A stretch of 64,000 bases of DNA from Azolla caroliniana (taxonomy: Eukaryota; Plantae; Polypodiophyta): the NCBI GenBank assembly GCA_043228905.1, contig JBHGNT010000001.1, positions 8,060,001 to 8,124,000 on the forward strand. Reading direction: 5' to 3'. This document shows positions 61,533 through 64,000 of the stretch, piece by piece. The notes beneath the pieces are model-generated. The model did no database searches. It saw only the letters and a list, made by a program, of their open reading frames with translations, and was not told the origin of the DNA. Made by a program: the position numbers and the translations under genes. Positions within the stretch are counted from its first letter, which is position 1; each line of letters opens with the position of its first letter.

Positions 61533-64000
61533 TCACCAATAATCACCACAAGAGCATACCCCATCATTGAAGTGATGATACCGATGAGCATCTCTTAAAT
61601 AGATTTCTCGACCGACCATTTTGGAAATGTACTTGGCAGCAGTGTGACAGTCACCACACACTCTGAGGTTTTTCACAACACGGATCGGAGTCCCTTGGGA
61701 AGTACTTAAAATGCCAAATACCATTGCAAGCTTCTCACTATGCCGGCTAAGAGAGTACTCTTTCAGATCTTCTATATTGTGCAATGCAAATCGTGTGTCA
61801 GGAACATATCCGGCTTCTTTCATATCCGCCAATAACGTGTCCAATTCCATGTGGATTCTCTGAATCTCGGGGTGAGAAGAATCATCAGCAATGAAGATAT
61901 GGACCTTACCATTTACTTCTATACAGCTCTTTCCAGGTTCTTTTACAAGCCCTCTACTTGTGATTTGCTTCATTGCACTCGCTTTCTCTTCCCATCGACC
62001 TGCCGCAGCATAGCTATTTGATAAGAGCACCAAGGCTGCAGGATCATTGGGCTCTATCTTAATAACTTGTTCAGCTGCATATTTTGCTCTCTTTGCATCT
62101 CCTCGAACTCTACATGCACCGAGAAATGCTCTCCACACCACAGCACTGGGTGAACTAGGCATAGTCTTCGCCATCATTGCCGCTTTCTTCAAGTTTCCTG
62201 CTCTTCCAAAACTATCCACTACACAAGCAAAATGCTCTGGTGAAGGGGAAATGCCATATACTCTTCTCATCACATCGAAGTAATACAAGCATACATCTAA
62301 TAGTCCCGTGTGGCTACATGCTGAGAGGATATGTATAAATGTGATATGATTCAAGGGTATACCTTCTTCTTGCATTCGGCTGGCAAGCCTTAATACTTCT
62401 TCCCCATCACCATACAAAGCATACCCTGCTATCATTGCACTCCAACATACCACATTTTTACTCGATGTTTTCTCCAAGAATTTTCGTGCATCCACTAAAC
62501 TGCCACTCTTTGAATACATATCAATCAATGCACTATTAACAAAGGCATCCAGCTCCAGCCCAATGTCAACTAAATAGAAGTGTATTTGCTTACCTTCTTC
62601 AATAGCTCCAATCATGGCACATGCATTGAGTGCAGTCATGAAAGTAAATGCATTAGGTTTAACATTTGTTTGTTGCATTTTCCCGAACAAATCAAGTGCC
62701 TCATGCCCTTTTCCTACTTGGACATAACCTCCAATAACCGCCGTCCAAGAGACCACATTTTGCTTTGGCATAACGTGAAACCAGGCTCGTGCATCATCTA
62801 TATTTTGACATTTGCTGTACATATCAATAAGGGCACTACCCAAAAACATGTTCGCCTCATAACCATGCCTTATGATCTTCTCATGAATCCACAATCCGAA
62901 ATCAAGACTACTCAAACTAGTGCAAGCCTTAATGATACTCACATAAGTCACATCATCTGGCTTTATACCTTCTTGTATCATCTGTTCAAATAGGGAACAG
63001 GCCTTTTGAGCAAGATTGGCTTGAACATATGCATAAATCATCGTCGTCCAAGCAATCACATTCGGCCGAGAAATCTTTTTGAAGAACTTATTGGCATCTA
63101 TGACACACCCACATCTAGCATACATACAAAGCAAACTATTGCTAATTGGCTCATACCAATCTAGACCTTCTTCTATAGCTTGTGCATGTACATATTTTCC
63201 ATATCTCAAAGCTCCCATGCTTGCACATGTACTTATCACATTCAATATAGTTACTTCATTCGGTTTCACCATCATCACTTGCATTTGCTTATAAAGCTCC
63301 AGAGCCTCTTCACCCTTCTCTACTTTGTAGTATCCAGAGATCATAGATGTCCAAGACACCACGTTCCGATTCGACAAACCATCGAAAACCTCATATGCAT
63401 CCTCTATATCTCCACATTTAATATACATATCAAGGAGAGCATTCCCTAGTATGACATTAGGCTTCATTCCATTACATGTTATGTGATGATGCACATGTTT
63501 TCCTTCTACTAAGCCACGTTGGATTGCACATGCTTTGAGCACACTCACATATGTGATTTGGTCCGGTTCCACATTTTCTCGTTGCATTTGAGCAAAAAGG
63601 CTCAAAGCTTCTTCTCCTCCACAATGCTCATGGGAATTACCAACATTGGTGTTAATGCTACCATTAACAATAGAGTTTGCACCAGCACTAACACTATCAT
63701 TATTATTAACATTGGGATTAACAATACCATTACCATTAACGTAACCTGAAATCATTGAATTCCACGAAACCACATCTGAAGGACCCATTTTCTCCCACAC
63801 TTCCCGAGCCTCAATAATGCTTCGACACTTGGAATACATGTCCACAAGACTACTTCCAACTTGGACATTTGATTCGAGACCAAGTTCAATGATCCAGGTG
63901 TGAATTCGATGCCCTTCATATAAATCTGAGAGGCAAGCACATGCATATAGACTATTCATGAAGCTAATTTCACTGGGGACCAAACCTTCACTTTCCATGG
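61533..64000 (-). CDS. PLS-class PPR protein with E/E+/DYW cytidine deaminase domain (organellar RNA-editing factor); 5' end probably outside the window
   Basis: Repeated P-L-S motifs (NVVSWT.MI.GY, PD.VT..S..KAC, GNALLDMY.KCG), PG box KEPGKSCIEV, HSEKLA, KNLRVCGDCH, terminal CSCGDYW. Intronless, and the frame is open to the window edge. Confidence 0.95.
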   Translation of the reverse strand, partial: MESEGLVPSEISFMNSLYACACLSDLYEGHRIHTWIIELGLESNVQVGSSLVDMYSKCRSIIEAREVWEKMGPSDVVSWNSMISGYVNGNGIVNPNVNNNDSVSAGANSIVNGSINTNVGNSHEHCGGEEALSLFAQMQRENVEPDQITYVSVLKACAIQRGLVEGKHVHHHITCNGMKPNVILGNALLDMYIKCGDIEDAYEVFDGLSNRNVVSWTSMISGYYKVEKGEEALELYKQMQVMMVKPNEVTILNVISTCASMGALRYGKYVHAQAIEEGLDWYEPISNSLLCMYARCGCVIDANKFFKKISRPNVIAWTTMIYAYVQANLAQKACSLFEQMIQEGIKPDDVTYVSIIKACTSLSSLDFGLWIHEKIIRHGYEANMFLGSALIDMYSKCQNIDDARAWFHVMPKQNVVSWTAVIGGYVQVGKGHEALDLFGKMQQTNVKPNAFTFMTALNACAMIGAIEEGKQIHFYLVDIGLELDAFVNSALIDMYSKSGSLVDARKFLEKTSSKNVVCWSAMIAGYALYGDGEEVLRLASRMQEEGIPLNHITFIHILSACSHTGLLDVCLYYFDVMRRVYGISPSPEHFACVVDSFGRAGNLKKAAMMAKTMPSSPSAVVWRAFLGACRVRGDAKRAKYAAEQVIKIEPNDPAALVLLSNSYAAAGRWEEKASAMKQITSRGLVKEPGKSCIEVNGKVHIFIADDSSHPEIQRIHMELDTLLADMKEAGYVPDTRFALHNIEDLKEYSLSRHSEKLAMVFGILSTSQGTPIRVVKNLRVCGDCHTAAKYISKMVGREIYLRDAHRYHHFNDGVCSCGDYW

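Noticed and set aside
61533-61945. DYW:KP-type (candidate U-to-C) editing domain
   Set aside because: It has a PG box (KEPGKSCIEV), HSEKLA and a terminal DYW, i.e. the canonical C-to-U type.

Overview
Eukaryotic nuclear DNA from a land plant: AT-rich, spliceosomal introns, abundant (AG)n/(CA)n microsatellites. Gene content (SLT/SAC1-type SLC13 permease, DYW-PPR, pTAC12, plastid sigma factor) suggests a seed-free plant such as a compact-genome fern; this is an inference. Nine protein-coding genes were reconstructed by hand from GT/GC-AG junctions with consistent phases: a PUB42/43/44-like U-box/ARM E3 ligase (-), an APCB1-like aspartic protease (+), NF-YC (+), pTAC12/HEMERA (-), a UBA-AAA+ WRNIP1/MgsA ATPase (+), a ZNF511-like C2H2 protein (+), an SLC13 permease with two TrkA_C domains (-), a plastid sigma-70 factor (+) and a 5'-truncated PLS-DYW PPR gene (-). 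Also present are decayed LINEs, a Copia-like solo LTR, two TIR mini-elements, tRNA-like heads and several tandem duplications. No CRISPR array or prokaryotic operon is present. The best leads are the SLC13 protein with altered Na+/substrate motifs, a HEMERA lacking the angiosperm C-terminal activation motif, duplicated splice sites in the sigma gene, a hairpin/W-box repeat array abutting the WRNIP1 start codon, and a 121-bp TG..CA TIR element. All homology calls rest on recalled family motifs; no database search was run.
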